Positions 18,125 through 27,899 of a DNA stretch of 43,075 nt are shown piece after piece; the stretch's first letter is position 1, and the number at the start of each line of letters is the position of its first letter. The notes under the pieces were generated by a model. The model did not search any database. It saw only the letters and a list, made by a program, of their open reading frames with translations, and had not been told where the DNA came from. Origin of the DNA: Candidatus Krumholzibacteriota bacterium (GTDB taxonomy: Bacteria; Krumholzibacteriota; Krumholzibacteriia; JAJRXK01); assembly GCA_963727455.1 (NCBI GenBank), contig CAVSGG010000002.1:1-43075 (forward strand), in the 5' to 3' direction. A program made the translations under genes and the position numbers.

Positions 18125-19339
18125 TCAGGCGCGTTCCAGCAGGGCCACCGTCTCCACGTGATAGGTGTGGGGGAAGAGATCGACGGGCACCGCCCGTTTC
18201 AGAGCGTAGCCCGCCGCTCGCAGAGACTTCAGATCGCGGGCCAGGGAGGCGGGGTCGCAGCTCACCAGGACCAGGCGACGCGGCTGCATCCCGACCAAGC
18301 TCGCTACCGTCCCCTCGCCGAGACCCTCGCGGGGCGGATCGGCCACGGCCAAATCCACCTTCGAGGGGAGCTGTTCCGGCGCCCGGGTGATGTCCACTCC
18401 CACCACGTGGACCGGCAAGCCCTTCACCATGTGACGCAGGTCGCGCAGCGCCGCCCTGTTGCGCTCCACGGCGTAGACGCGGGCGCTCTTGCGAGCCAGG
18501 GGAAGCGTGAAGAGCCCGACCCCCGCGTAGGCGTCGAGCACTTGGTCCTCCGTGCCGGGTTCCAACATTTCCAGGACGAGGTCGACCAGGACTTCCGCGC
18601 CATCGGTGTTGACCTGGAAGAAGGACTTCGAGGAAATACGATAGCGTTCGGTGTGCACCATCTCGGTGATCTCACCTTGCCCTGGACCACGCAGCGGAAC
18701 CCCGCGCGCGGCTGCTTCCTCGACGGGAGCCGGGTCGACTTCCCCGGTGGCCATGATCAAGCGCTGCCCCGTGCGCACGCCCGCGCGAAGTTCGAGACGG
18801 CGCAGTCCCGGCAAGAGGGGCAGCGCTTCGTGACTCTCGCGCAAGATGGGGTGGAGGAGCAGGCAGCGATCGATGGCCACGAGTTCGCGCGTGCGCGCGC
18901 GATGATAGGCAGTATGTCCTTCAGGATCGACGGCAAAAATAGCGTGGTTGCGGTATCCGAAGCCGTCGGCTTCCCCGCTCTTCCGCGTCTCTTCCACGTT
19001 CGCGGACTCCATGCCGCCGAGATGATGGATCTGGCCCTCGACGATCTCTCGCTTCAGGACGCGCTGCCGCACCAGAGAGATGTGTTGCCACTGACATCCT
19101 CCACACTCCCCGAAATAGGGACACGGCGCCTCCACGCGATCGTCACTTTGCTCGAGCACTTCGACGAGTTCCCCGCGGGCCCATCGCTTGCGCTCCTTGA
19201 GCAGACGGATGCGCACCTTTTCGCCCGGGATTCCGCCCGCGACGAAAACTGCGCGGCCATCGGCCAGTCGCCCCACCGCTTCTCCGCCATGGGCCATGCC
19301 ATGGAGGGAGACCTCCACCAGATTCTCCAACTGCGACAC
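18125..19339 (-). CDS. rlmD: TrmA/RlmD-family RNA m5U methyltransferase with TRAM domain
   Basis: TRAM (GGEAVGR..VFVAGGIPGEKV), CPYFGECGGCQWQH 4Fe-4S motif, SFFQVN, DAYAGVGLF, DPPREGL, VSCDPASLARD, DLFPHTYHVE. GTG start with AAGGAG SD. Confidence 0.9.
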   Translation of the reverse strand: MSQLENLVEVSLHGMAHGGEAVGRLADGRAVFVAGGIPGEKVRIRLLKERKRWARGELVEVLEQSDDRVEAPCPYFGECGGCQWQHISLVRQRVLKREIVEGQIHHLGGMESANVEETRKSGEADGFGYRNHAIFAVDPEGHTAYHRARTRELVAIDRCLLLHPILRESHEALPLLPGLRRLELRAGVRTGQRLIMATGEVDPAPVEEAAARGVPLRGPGQGEITEMVHTERYRISSKSFFQVNTDGAEVLVDLVLEMLEPGTEDQVLDAYAGVGLFTLPLARKSARVYAVERNRAALRDLRHMVKGLPVHVVGVDITRAPEQLPSKVDLAVADPPREGLGEGTVASLVGMQPRRLVLVSCDPASLARDLKSLRAAGYALKRAVPVDLFPHTYHVETVALLERA

Positions 19340-19369
19340 AGAATTGCTCCTTGAAGCGGATGGGAGAGC

Positions 19370-20260
19370 CTATCGCGTCCAGAGCGCCCGGACGGCTTCG
19401 TGGGCCTCGCGATAGAGTTCGAAGAGATAGTCCAGAATGGCGCTCTTGCCCACGGGGAGTTGCCCGCGCAGCGCTTCCACGCGCTGGCGCGCTCTGTCTC
19501 CCGCCGCTTGGGCTTCCTCGAGCATGTGGCGAACCACCGGGCGTACGCGATCCTCCTGTCGCAGGACGGCCTGCGAAAAACTGGAGCGCGTGAATCCGTA
19601 CTCCCGCAGCAAATCGACCGGCAGCGTCAGGAGTTGCGCGCTCGAGGCGGAATCCTGGCGCAAGTCGCGCACGATGTGTGTGAAATAGCAGAAGTGCGCC
19701 AAGTCGCGCGCTTCCGCCATCGCGTCGATCTCGCCGGAGAGGACGAGCCGTCCCGGTTCTTCTTCTCGGGCCGCCAGCAAGTAGATGAAGACCGCTCCCG
19801 GAGCCACCGCGGCCCCCTCGCAATAGTCGAGAAGATCGTCCCAGCCCGCGAGTTCTTCTTCCAACACGTCGCGACGCAGGCTGCGGGCAAGCCGAAGGAA
19901 GGGACCCTCTCTGAGATCGCTGTGACCGAGACACATATTGAGTGCGGTGAAGACCATGGGCTCGAAGTCCTCGTCTCTTGCCAGGTACTCCGCGTGCGCC
20001 GCGGCCTTCACCTGTGCCTCCCACTGACTCACTCGATCGAGGATGCCGGAGCGGTTTTGCCGGCGCTCCCGCTGCGGTAGCCGCAGAAACTCCTCGTCGA
20101 CCAAATCGTCCAGAGTTCGCATGCACGCGTAAGCGCTGAGGAAGAAATCGTAGCGCGTGCTTTCTTTCAGTCTTTGCGCCGCATGGTGGAGGTGATTGGG
20201 AGAACGAACCGTCAGCTCTTTGCAACGGGCAAGGGGGGCAGTCAGCAGGGTGGGATCCAT
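19370..20260 (-). CDS. Phytoene/squalene synthase family (head-to-head prenyltransferase fold) protein
   Basis: AYACMRTLDDLVDE (DDxxD), WDDLLDYCEGAA, FTHIVRDLRQD (variant of NxxRDxxED), TLPVDLL. Start at MDPTLL (20260). Confidence 0.8.
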   Translation of the reverse strand: MDPTLLTAPLARCKELTVRSPNHLHHAAQRLKESTRYDFFLSAYACMRTLDDLVDEEFLRLPQRERRQNRSGILDRVSQWEAQVKAAAHAEYLARDEDFEPMVFTALNMCLGHSDLREGPFLRLARSLRRDVLEEELAGWDDLLDYCEGAAVAPGAVFIYLLAAREEEPGRLVLSGEIDAMAEARDLAHFCYFTHIVRDLRQDSASSAQLLTLPVDLLREYGFTRSSFSQAVLRQEDRVRPVVRHMLEEAQAAGDRARQRVEALRGQLPVGKSAILDYLFELYREAHEAVRALWTR

Positions 20261-20280
20261 GATCTCCGGCTTTTCTTGCT

Positions 20281-20991
20281 CTAACCGTCGTTGAATCGAA
20301 TGTTGGGTAAATGGAACGCCTTCCCCCAGCTTCGGCTCACTCTCACCGCAATCTCCGCGGTCGCCACGACATCCCGCAGGCAATATTCGACGATCTCGCG
20401 GATTCGTCCTTCCCGAAATGCCGCACTCACCTCCGCGCCCTTGACCTCGCCTTCCTTCGGGCTCTGCACTGCTAGCGCTTGCGACCAGGCTTCGAGTCCG
20501 TAGGGTCTCGTGGCACGAAACTGACTCAAGACCTCGGCCAAGTCCATGTGTTCACGCATGGACGAAAAGCGGGGCGGCATGAGGTTGCGGCTCACCCTCA
20601 GTCCATGGACAAGGCTGCGTTGCATGAGGAACGGGATGTCGAAACCGCGCCCATTGTAGCTGACGATGCAGCCAAAGCTAGGAACCATTCCCCAGAACTC
20701 CTCGAGGATCTTCTTCTCGTCGCCCCCGACCAGGGTCACCTGCTCGACGCGCGATGCCTTGTCGATCGAGTCGATGGTGCCGTTGCGGTCGTCGTAGAGC
20801 ATTGCGGCACGACCTGTCTCGGGGCTGAACATTCCGATGGTGACCACCGAGGCCCCCAGCGCATAGAGCGCGAGTTTTTCGCGCCAATCCTCGTCCTCTT
20901 CGCACGCACTTTTCAGTTTCTCCACCAGGGCGGGCGCGATTTCATCATCGCTCAGGGCGCAAGTCTCGATGTCGATGACGCAGCTGGCCAT
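20281..20991 (-). CDS. Stand-alone DEDD 3'-5' exonuclease (PolB-exonuclease/RNase H-like fold)
   Basis: ExoI VIDIET, ExoII SYNGRGFDIPFL, HMDL, ExoIII EYCLRDV. Start at MASCVIDIET (20991). Confidence 0.88.
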   Translation of the reverse strand: MASCVIDIETCALSDDEIAPALVEKLKSACEEDEDWREKLALYALGASVVTIGMFSPETGRAAMLYDDRNGTIDSIDKASRVEQVTLVGGDEKKILEEFWGMVPSFGCIVSYNGRGFDIPFLMQRSLVHGLRVSRNLMPPRFSSMREHMDLAEVLSQFRATRPYGLEAWSQALAVQSPKEGEVKGAEVSAAFREGRIREIVEYCLRDVVATAEIAVRVSRSWGKAFHLPNIRFNDG

Positions 20992-20998
20992 GAAACGT

Positions 20999-22027
20999 TC
21001 AGGGTTGGGGTTTTTGAACGTGAAAGTCGGGATTGTTGGGGAGATTTTCCAGCCATTCGAGGAAGAGAGCCGCAACTTGGTTGGCCTTGGCTCCCGCCAT
21101 GGGCAAATTGCTCAGGCCGGCCGGACCCTCCTTACCGAGGTCCATATCCTCGACCAGGGCACCGTTATCCAAGAGCCACGCCTTGACCGCTTCCCGCTGG
21201 GCATCCATCTCTGGAGTGGGATGGGGGCCTCTCACCAAAAGAACGGGCCACTCCGCGATGTTCGTGGGATTCTTGATCTCCATCCAGGTTTGAAGCCCGG
21301 TCAGCACCGTCGCCCAGTAGGGAGGCGCGCCATTGTCGTACTGCTCCATCAGGGCGTGGAATCCCGCTTCTCCCAGGTCCGAATCCGGGTACAGCTCCCC
21401 GTATCGCGGACCCAGTCCCCACTTCACCCACAGGTGTTGTTCCAGGCTGTCATCCCAGGATGCGACCTGCTCCACCGTGTCCTTGATCTTCGGCTGGACC
21501 CCCTTGGTGCCGATCGGATCGACGAGAATCGCGGCTGGAATGGCGTTCGGAGTGGTGGAGCGCAGCTTCATGCAGAACGCGGCGCCGATTCCTTGGGCGT
21601 AGAATGCGCGCGGTTGCGTGGCAACCCCCAACTTGTAGGTTGCGGCCACGGCATCCTCGGTGAGTTTGACGATGTCGCGATTGGCCGGGGGTTGCGCAAG
21701 CTCGGTTCCTGGGAGGTCGGCTGCGAAAAAATTCCAGTGTCGATCCCCGAACCAATAGGCCCAGCCTTTTTGTCCGTCAACCGTGTTGAAGTAGAGCGTG
21801 GAGTTCAAGTCCTCTGGGGAAAGGCAGGTGAGGCGGCGCCCTACCGTGGGATCCCAGAAGATGCCCGAAAGATGCATGGAGTAACCGTCGCCCGTATCCA
21901 AATCCCAGAACTTGTAGTCCTTGCCCTTCACATCTTTGCCGTAGTCTGTTGCCGCGCTCGTGCGGGCGAGGCAGCCGAGAAACATAACGGCAAGAACGCC
22001 AATCCAGGTAGCACGTGTTCGGGACAT
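20999..22027 (-). CDS. Secreted alpha/beta-hydrolase-fold protein, apparently lacking catalytic Ser and His
   Basis: Signal peptide MSRTRATWIGVLAVMFLGCLARTSA; TVDGQKGWAYWF..ADLPG, FYAQGIG, AAILVDP, LGKEGPAGLSNLPM..ANQVAALFLEWL. GGAG SD before ATG 22027. Confidence 0.65.
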   Translation of the reverse strand: MSRTRATWIGVLAVMFLGCLARTSAATDYGKDVKGKDYKFWDLDTGDGYSMHLSGIFWDPTVGRRLTCLSPEDLNSTLYFNTVDGQKGWAYWFGDRHWNFFAADLPGTELAQPPANRDIVKLTEDAVAATYKLGVATQPRAFYAQGIGAAFCMKLRSTTPNAIPAAILVDPIGTKGVQPKIKDTVEQVASWDDSLEQHLWVKWGLGPRYGELYPDSDLGEAGFHALMEQYDNGAPPYWATVLTGLQTWMEIKNPTNIAEWPVLLVRGPHPTPEMDAQREAVKAWLLDNGALVEDMDLGKEGPAGLSNLPMAGAKANQVAALFLEWLENLPNNPDFHVQKPQP

Positions 22028-22262
22028 CAACCGGTCTCCTCGAAGCTCGGATTCAAAGATCCTGTTGGGAAGGGAGGATTCTGGAGCCACAGTCTAAGCC
22101 CTCGCCTCGATCGCGGCGAGCGAGAATGGCCGATTCTGAGCGACATGAGGCCAAAGTCGCAGAAAAGTGGGGTGGGTGGGAATAGAGCGGCGCTTGTAAA
22201 GGTAGATTGGAACAGGGGGCCCGCCGCTCGCAGCCCGCCGAAGATCCAACCAGGGAGCTGAG

Positions 22263-25200
22263 ATGAACGCCAACTCGAGCCGAAAACCTCGCTTGGAGCT
22301 GCTGGGGCTGATCCTGCTGCTGTGCGCCGTGGGTCTACTCGGAGCGAAACGTCCCTCCACGGACTCGAATGCGAAGACGCCCGCCGCCCTCTACGAAGAA
22401 GGGTGCGCGAGCTTTCAGGAGCAGCGCTACCAGGCCGCCCTCGATGCCTTCGAGACTCTGCGCAAGAGCGCGCCGGCTTGGCGTCCGCGCGAATGCGAAT
22501 CCTGGCGCCTGGCGTCAGCGCTGCGATGGGCGCAGGAGAGTCCCGAAAAGCAGGACCTCGCTGCGCTTCTGCTGCAGGCGAAGTTGTTCCTGCGGGGCGA
22601 AGAAATGGGTCGCCCCGAAGCGCGCGTCGCGGCCGAGATCGTGAGGCTTTCGGGAATCGATGCCGACGGAGCTCGCTATTTCGAGGAAGCAGCCGCGTAC
22701 TGGGAGAGTCAAACCGTCAGTAAGGAGAGCACGGCCGCCTACGCGGATCTGCTCTTTGCCGCTCTGGGGGGCCGCACTCGAGGAATCCCCGTCGACGGCC
22801 GCATTTTACGCATGTGGCGCAACCTCTACCGCGCCCCCGCATCACGGAAGGTACTCTTCTCGTTGGCGGAGTCTCTGCTGAGTGGTCGACTTCCCAGGCC
22901 CATCCTCAATGCGGCGGAGCAAACGCCCGCCCTTTCCGAAGAACTCGACACGCAACAGGAGATCGCGCGCGATGTTCTGAAACTTTCCCCCGAAGACGCG
23001 CTGGCGGCGCGCTGTCATCTGGTCTTGGCCGTCGCGGAGGAAACTCTGTGCCATTACGAAGAGGCGGCGCGTCAGGCTCAACTCGCGGTTGAGTTGGGGG
23101 AGAACAAGACGGCTGACGCCAGTGATGCACGAGAGATTTTGCGCCGGCTGGTAACGCCCGCGTTGAGCATCGAGGGCTCCCAGTTGTACCGGCCCGGCTC
23201 CTACCACAGCCTGCACCTAAAGTGGCGCAATCTCAGCAAGTGGAGGCTCCAGCTGCGCCGGGTCGATCCGTTGCGGAATCTCCTTCCCGCGGGCAAGCGG
23301 GATCCGCGGAGCAATCCGCGGTCCACCGGACCCCTCTACCGCGACGACGAGGGAACTCTGGTCTACGAGCTGGCGAGACAGGATGACGCGGAGCTTGCCG
23401 CCCGCGAGGGCGCGGGCGAAGCCCACGTCCCGCGCGACACCACGGTGGTGTTGAAGCCCCTGAAAATCGGTCTGTACTGGGCCGTGCTGCAGGGTTCCGG
23501 TTTTGCCCCTTCGGTATCGGCAAGTAGCGACAGCTCGGGTAAGGCTGAGCAATGGAAACCCGATGTCTCACACCTCTTGATTCAGGTCACTGATCTAGGG
23601 CTCTTGGCGAGTCCCGTGGGGGATGGAGAAATCGAGTTCTGGCTCACGAAAATGAATGGCAGCCGTCTGGATGGAAGCACCGAGCTTCTGGTGCGCCAGT
23701 ACTTCACGACACAGGGACGAGAGTGGTCCTTTGAAGAATCCAAGGTCCAGCTCGATGGCGAGGGTCTTGGCCGGACTAAGGCTCTGTCCTGGCTTGACTC
23801 CCCCCAGCAAGTCCTGGCGGTGGGAGAGCTTCACGGACATCCCATCGTGTTCAACGCCTCGATGTATGCGCGCCCGTTCTCGAACCAGGAGCCCTACACC
23901 TGGCGGGGCCACATCCTCAGCGATCGTCCCCTCTATCGTCCGGGCGAGGCGGTGCATCTGCAGGGACTGCTGCGGCGCGCGAATCTGCACGAGCGGAAGC
24001 TGGAATTGCCCAGGCCGCAGCAAGTTGAGCTGGTGGTGACCGCGCCCGGCGGCAGCCAGGTCCTCCGCGAAATGCAGACTCTCGACGCAAATGGCAGCAT
24101 CGAGACGGTATTCCCTCTTTCCACCCAACCTGCACTGGGATGGTATTCGGTTCAACTGCGATCGGGAGGACAGACGCTCTGCTACGGGCGTTTCCAAGTC
24201 GACGAATACCGTCTGCCGGAGTTTCGGGTGGTAGTGCAGCTCGATCAGGAGCGGCGCTACGTCCTAGGCGACTCCCTGAAAGTGAAGGTGTCGGCCGAAT
24301 ATCTCTTCGGCAGCGCCGTACAGGGAAGTGCTGAAGTCGTGGTGCGCCGACGTCCTTACTATGGGATCTGGCGACCGATGCCGTTCTATCTGCAAGGGAG
24401 CGGTGACCGATCCTTGCGGCCCTGGCCTGGCCATGCCGCTGGAGAGGAAGTCCTTCGACAGACGCTCAACCTGAACGAAGACGGCGAAGCCGACTTGATT
24501 CTCCCCACCGAGGCGCCGGCCGAAATGCCGAACGGCCGCTTCGAGTATTCGATCGAAGCCCGTGTCACCGACGCGAGTCGACGAGAAGAGACGACTACAT
24601 CTCAGGTGCGTGTAGGAGCGCAGGAGGTGTACGCGTCCCTGGCGCCCAAACTCTACGTCGTGGCCCCGGGCGATTCGGCTCGCGTTCGCGTGCACGTGGA
24701 AGACCTCATGGGACGGCCGGCCGCGATCGAAGGAGCTTGCACTCTGTGGTTCGTCAGAAGCGATGATCCGCGCACGCAAGTGCAGAAGCACGGTGTGAGC
24801 ATCGGCGATGGAGGAGAGGCCTGGTACAACTTCCGCCCCAAAAAACCTGGCCGCTACGAGCTACATTTCAATGCGAAGGATACGCGAGGAAATGCGGTCG
24901 AGGCGGAGACCACGGTGTACTGCGCGGATCCGCGCGAGAAGCTGCTAGTGGGTGGAGGTACCGGACTCACCCTCATCGCGCAGGAAGACCAGTTCCTGGG
25001 CGATGTCGCGCGCGTTCTACTTGTAAGTGAGCGCTCCGGGATCTCGGTCCACCTCACGCAAAGTTTCGGCACCGAGATCACGAGCGAAGTGGTGCAGCTG
25101 CGCGGTACCGCACGCCTGCTCGAGATTCCGCTCGATGCCTCTCACCGCCCCTATTTCAATCTGCGAGCGGTCGCGGCCTGGGACTATCGCTTCCAGGAGG

Positions 25201-27899
25201 CCACTCTCAAAATCGACGCTCCCGCGCCCGAACGCTTCTTGAAACTGAAACTCGATTTCGCGTCCAGCGAGTACCATCCCGGTGACACCGCGAAACTGAA
25301 TGTGAGCGCGACGGATGTTCAGGGAAGGCCGGTGCGTACGAGCTTCACGGTGGCGGTGGTGGACGACGCGATCCTGCAGCTCGTGCCACGCCCCTCCCTC
25401 GATCTGAATTCCCTGCTCCAGAACTTTCCGGTTCGTCAGTTGCCTCGTCCCACGTTCTCTGCACAACGCTTCGGTTCGTTCCGTGAGTTCTCGAATCACG
25501 ACGAGGCCCTCGATCCGTTCCAGCGACGCGAGACGCAGCGCCGACCCGAACTTTATAAGACGGGAGGGCGTGCCGAAGGTGTCGATCTGGCAGAGGCACT
25601 TCCGGATAGCTGGGGGGTGGCCAAGGATGCCACGGCCGAAATAGCCAAGCAGCAACCCACGCTGGCGCCTGCATCCGAACCGGCCACTGCACAGGCTCCG
25701 GTCGAGTTGCGTCAGGATTTCCGCAGCACCGCGTTGTGGCGCACCATGGTGACGACCGATGAGGACGGAACCGCGCAACTCGAAGTCACCCTGCCGGACA
25801 ATCTCACCACCTGGAACGCATGGGCGCTCGCCCTGGACTCCGAGAACCGCGGAGGCCAGGCCGAAACCGAAACCCATACCCACAAAGAGTTGATGGTGCG
25901 TCTGAACCATCCGCGGATCTTCCGCGAGGGCGATCGCTTTCACTTCACGGCCACCGTGCACAACGAAAGTGCGACTTCGATCGACGCGCGTCTGCACCTG
26001 AAAGCTGAAGGCCTAAAATTGCAGCAACAGGATGCACAAGTCGACGTGCCCGCCGATGGACAGGCCAGCGTGGACCTGGTGGCCACGGTGCCCAAGGACG
26101 CAGCCAGATTCAGCCTGAGCCGTGACGACGAGAGCGGAAGCATCGTGGTTTCACCGCGCCGGGTGAAGGTGACGATCGAAGCCCGCAGCGAGAAGGGATC
26201 GGATGCTTTCGTACGCACCGTCGAGGTCCATCCCTGGGGCACGCCCCTACGCGTGGTCGCGGCCGGCGAGCTGCGCCAGGGAAACGAGCACCAATCCCTG
26301 GCCCTGGACCTGCCGACGCAGCGCCGCGACGAACTCAGTCGCGCGGTGCTGACGATTTCGCCCAGCGTGCTCGCGGCCTGCGTCGACGCACTGCCCTATC
26401 TGGCCGACTACCCCTACGGTTGCACCGAGCAGACTCTCTCGCGTTTCGTACCCGCTCTGGCGGTGCGCGCCGCGGCAAAAGAGCTCGGCGTGAAGAGCTC
26501 ACGCTTCGACCCGAAGCTCGATGAGAAGATCAGAGAGGGTCTGGCCCGTATCGCGAGCATGCAGCGGCCCGACGGAGGTTGGGGATGGTGGTCGCAGGAT
26601 GAGAGCCAACCCTATCTGACGGCCTACGCGCTGCTGGCTCTGGCCCAGGCCCAAAGCAGCGGCCAAGAACTGAGCCCGAAGATGCTCTCGCGCGGACGCA
26701 ATCGCCTGCGCCAGCTCTTGCCCTCGCTGGAAAACAACCCGGACGATCTCAGCTACGCGCTGTACGCGCTGGCCGCGGTCGATGAGGCCAGCACGAGGTC
26801 CAGCACACGGGGCAGCATCCTGAACGAAGACGAGACGATGGCGCGATTCGCCCAACTCCTCTTCGAGAAACGCGATTCGTTACGCGACTACGCGCGCGCC
26901 CTGCTGGCTTCCTACTTGGAGCGGAGCGGACACCACGACCAGGCATTGCTGGTGCTGGCGAAGCTGCAAGAGGACGCGCAGCAGGATAAGAAGTACGGCA
27001 CCGCGCATTGGGGAAAGCGGTACGGCTATTGGTGGCGCGGCGATGGAGCGGTCGAGGCCACCTCCTTCGCCCTTGAGGCCCTGCTCGAACTCGCCCCGGA
27101 CGATCCCTTGACCCGCGCCTCCGCGCGCTGGCTCGTGGCGAATCGCGAGGGCGAACGCTGGGACAGCACGCGCGCCTCGGCGCATGCCATCTTCGCACTC
27201 TGTGCCTTCGCGCGGGCTCAGGGTGAGACCGATCCCTCCTTCACACTCATTGCGAAGGTGGGAGAAGAGGAAGTGCTGCGCATCGCGGTTTCTCGCGAGA
27301 ACCTGCTCGACGCGGGCGGCTCGTGGCCCATCGAGGTCGAGGCCCTCGCGCGCGCCAAAGCACGCGTCGATCTCGCACTCGAGGGACGCGGAAGCGCCTA
27401 CGCCAGCCTCTCCTTCGACACCTGGACCGCACAGGAGCATCCGCGCAGCACCGAGAATTGGTTGGGAGTAGAGCGCGAATACGCGCGGCTGATTCCCCAG
27501 CGCACTCTCGGTGGCAACGTGATCTTGCGCGAGGAGCCGCTGAAGGACGGCGCCGAGGTGGCGAGCGGAGAGCGCATTCGCGTGCATTTGAGACTGAACG
27601 CGCACCGCGAACTGGACTACGTGGCGCTGGAAGATCCGCGCCCCGCAGGCTGCGAAGCGGTGGAGGGTCTGAGCGGCTGGTTCGCCGCGGGTGGCATTTC
27701 GGGGAGGCGCGAGGTGAGAGACGAGGGCAACGTCTTCTTCTTTGGCCACCTGAGCGAAGGCGATCACGAATTCAGTTACGATCTGCGCGCCGAGAGCCCG
27801 GGAACCTTCAGGGTACCGGTGGCGCGGATCTTCGGCATGTACCTGCCGGATCTGAGCGGCAGCTCGCAGAGTTTCCACCTGGGAATCAGCGCCCCTTGA
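22263..27899 (+). CDS. Bacterial alpha-2-macroglobulin family protein with thioester motif
   Basis: SDRPLYRPGEAVH and VDEYRLPEF (MG2), VAVVDDAIL, LRQDFRSTALW, LPDNLTTW, YPYGCTEQ (CxEQ thioester), QRPDGGWGWW, EDPRPAGCE, YDLRAESPGTF. N-terminal signal/anchor followed by a helical TPR-like region. Confidence 0.95.
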   Translation: MNANSSRKPRLELLGLILLLCAVGLLGAKRPSTDSNAKTPAALYEEGCASFQEQRYQAALDAFETLRKSAPAWRPRECESWRLASALRWAQESPEKQDLAALLLQAKLFLRGEEMGRPEARVAAEIVRLSGIDADGARYFEEAAAYWESQTVSKESTAAYADLLFAALGGRTRGIPVDGRILRMWRNLYRAPASRKVLFSLAESLLSGRLPRPILNAAEQTPALSEELDTQQEIARDVLKLSPEDALAARCHLVLAVAEETLCHYEEAARQAQLAVELGENKTADASDAREILRRLVTPALSIEGSQLYRPGSYHSLHLKWRNLSKWRLQLRRVDPLRNLLPAGKRDPRSNPRSTGPLYRDDEGTLVYELARQDDAELAAREGAGEAHVPRDTTVVLKPLKIGLYWAVLQGSGFAPSVSASSDSSGKAEQWKPDVSHLLIQVTDLGLLASPVGDGEIEFWLTKMNGSRLDGSTELLVRQYFTTQGREWSFEESKVQLDGEGLGRTKALSWLDSPQQVLAVGELHGHPIVFNASMYARPFSNQEPYTWRGHILSDRPLYRPGEAVHLQGLLRRANLHERKLELPRPQQVELVVTAPGGSQVLREMQTLDANGSIETVFPLSTQPALGWYSVQLRSGGQTLCYGRFQVDEYRLPEFRVVVQLDQERRYVLGDSLKVKVSAEYLFGSAVQGSAEVVVRRRPYYGIWRPMPFYLQGSGDRSLRPWPGHAAGEEVLRQTLNLNEDGEADLILPTEAPAEMPNGRFEYSIEARVTDASRREETTTSQVRVGAQEVYASLAPKLYVVAPGDSARVRVHVEDLMGRPAAIEGACTLWFVRSDDPRTQVQKHGVSIGDGGEAWYNFRPKKPGRYELHFNAKDTRGNAVEAETTVYCADPREKLLVGGGTGLTLIAQEDQFLGDVARVLLVSERSGISVHLTQSFGTEITSEVVQLRGTARLLEIPLDASHRPYFNLRAVAAWDYRFQEATLKIDAPAPERFLKLKLDFASSEYHPGDTAKLNVSATDVQGRPVRTSFTVAVVDDAILQLVPRPSLDLNSLLQNFPVRQLPRPTFSAQRFGSFREFSNHDEALDPFQRRETQRRPELYKTGGRAEGVDLAEALPDSWGVAKDATAEIAKQQPTLAPASEPATAQAPVELRQDFRSTALWRTMVTTDEDGTAQLEVTLPDNLTTWNAWALALDSENRGGQAETETHTHKELMVRLNHPRIFREGDRFHFTATVHNESATSIDARLHLKAEGLKLQQQDAQVDVPADGQASVDLVATVPKDAARFSLSRDDESGSIVVSPRRVKVTIEARSEKGSDAFVRTVEVHPWGTPLRVVAAGELRQGNEHQSLALDLPTQRRDELSRAVLTISPSVLAACVDALPYLADYPYGCTEQTLSRFVPALAVRAAAKELGVKSSRFDPKLDEKIREGLARIASMQRPDGGWGWWSQDESQPYLTAYALLALAQAQSSGQELSPKMLSRGRNRLRQLLPSLENNPDDLSYALYALAAVDEASTRSSTRGSILNEDETMARFAQLLFEKRDSLRDYARALLASYLERSGHHDQALLVLAKLQEDAQQDKKYGTAHWGKRYGYWWRGDGAVEATSFALEALLELAPDDPLTRASARWLVANREGERWDSTRASAHAIFALCAFARAQGETDPSFTLIAKVGEEEVLRIAVSRENLLDAGGSWPIEVEALARAKARVDLALEGRGSAYASLSFDTWTAQEHPRSTENWLGVEREYARLIPQRTLGGNVILREEPLKDGAEVASGERIRVHLRLNAHRELDYVALEDPRPAGCEAVEGLSGWFAAGGISGRREVRDEGNVFFFGHLSEGDHEFSYDLRAESPGTFRVPVARIFGMYLPDLSGSSQSFHLGISAP

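Noticed and set aside
27886-27899. 14-bp convergent overlap of the A2M and HAD-ECH genes as an antisense control device
   Set aside because: Short convergent 3' overlaps are common and there is no further evidence.
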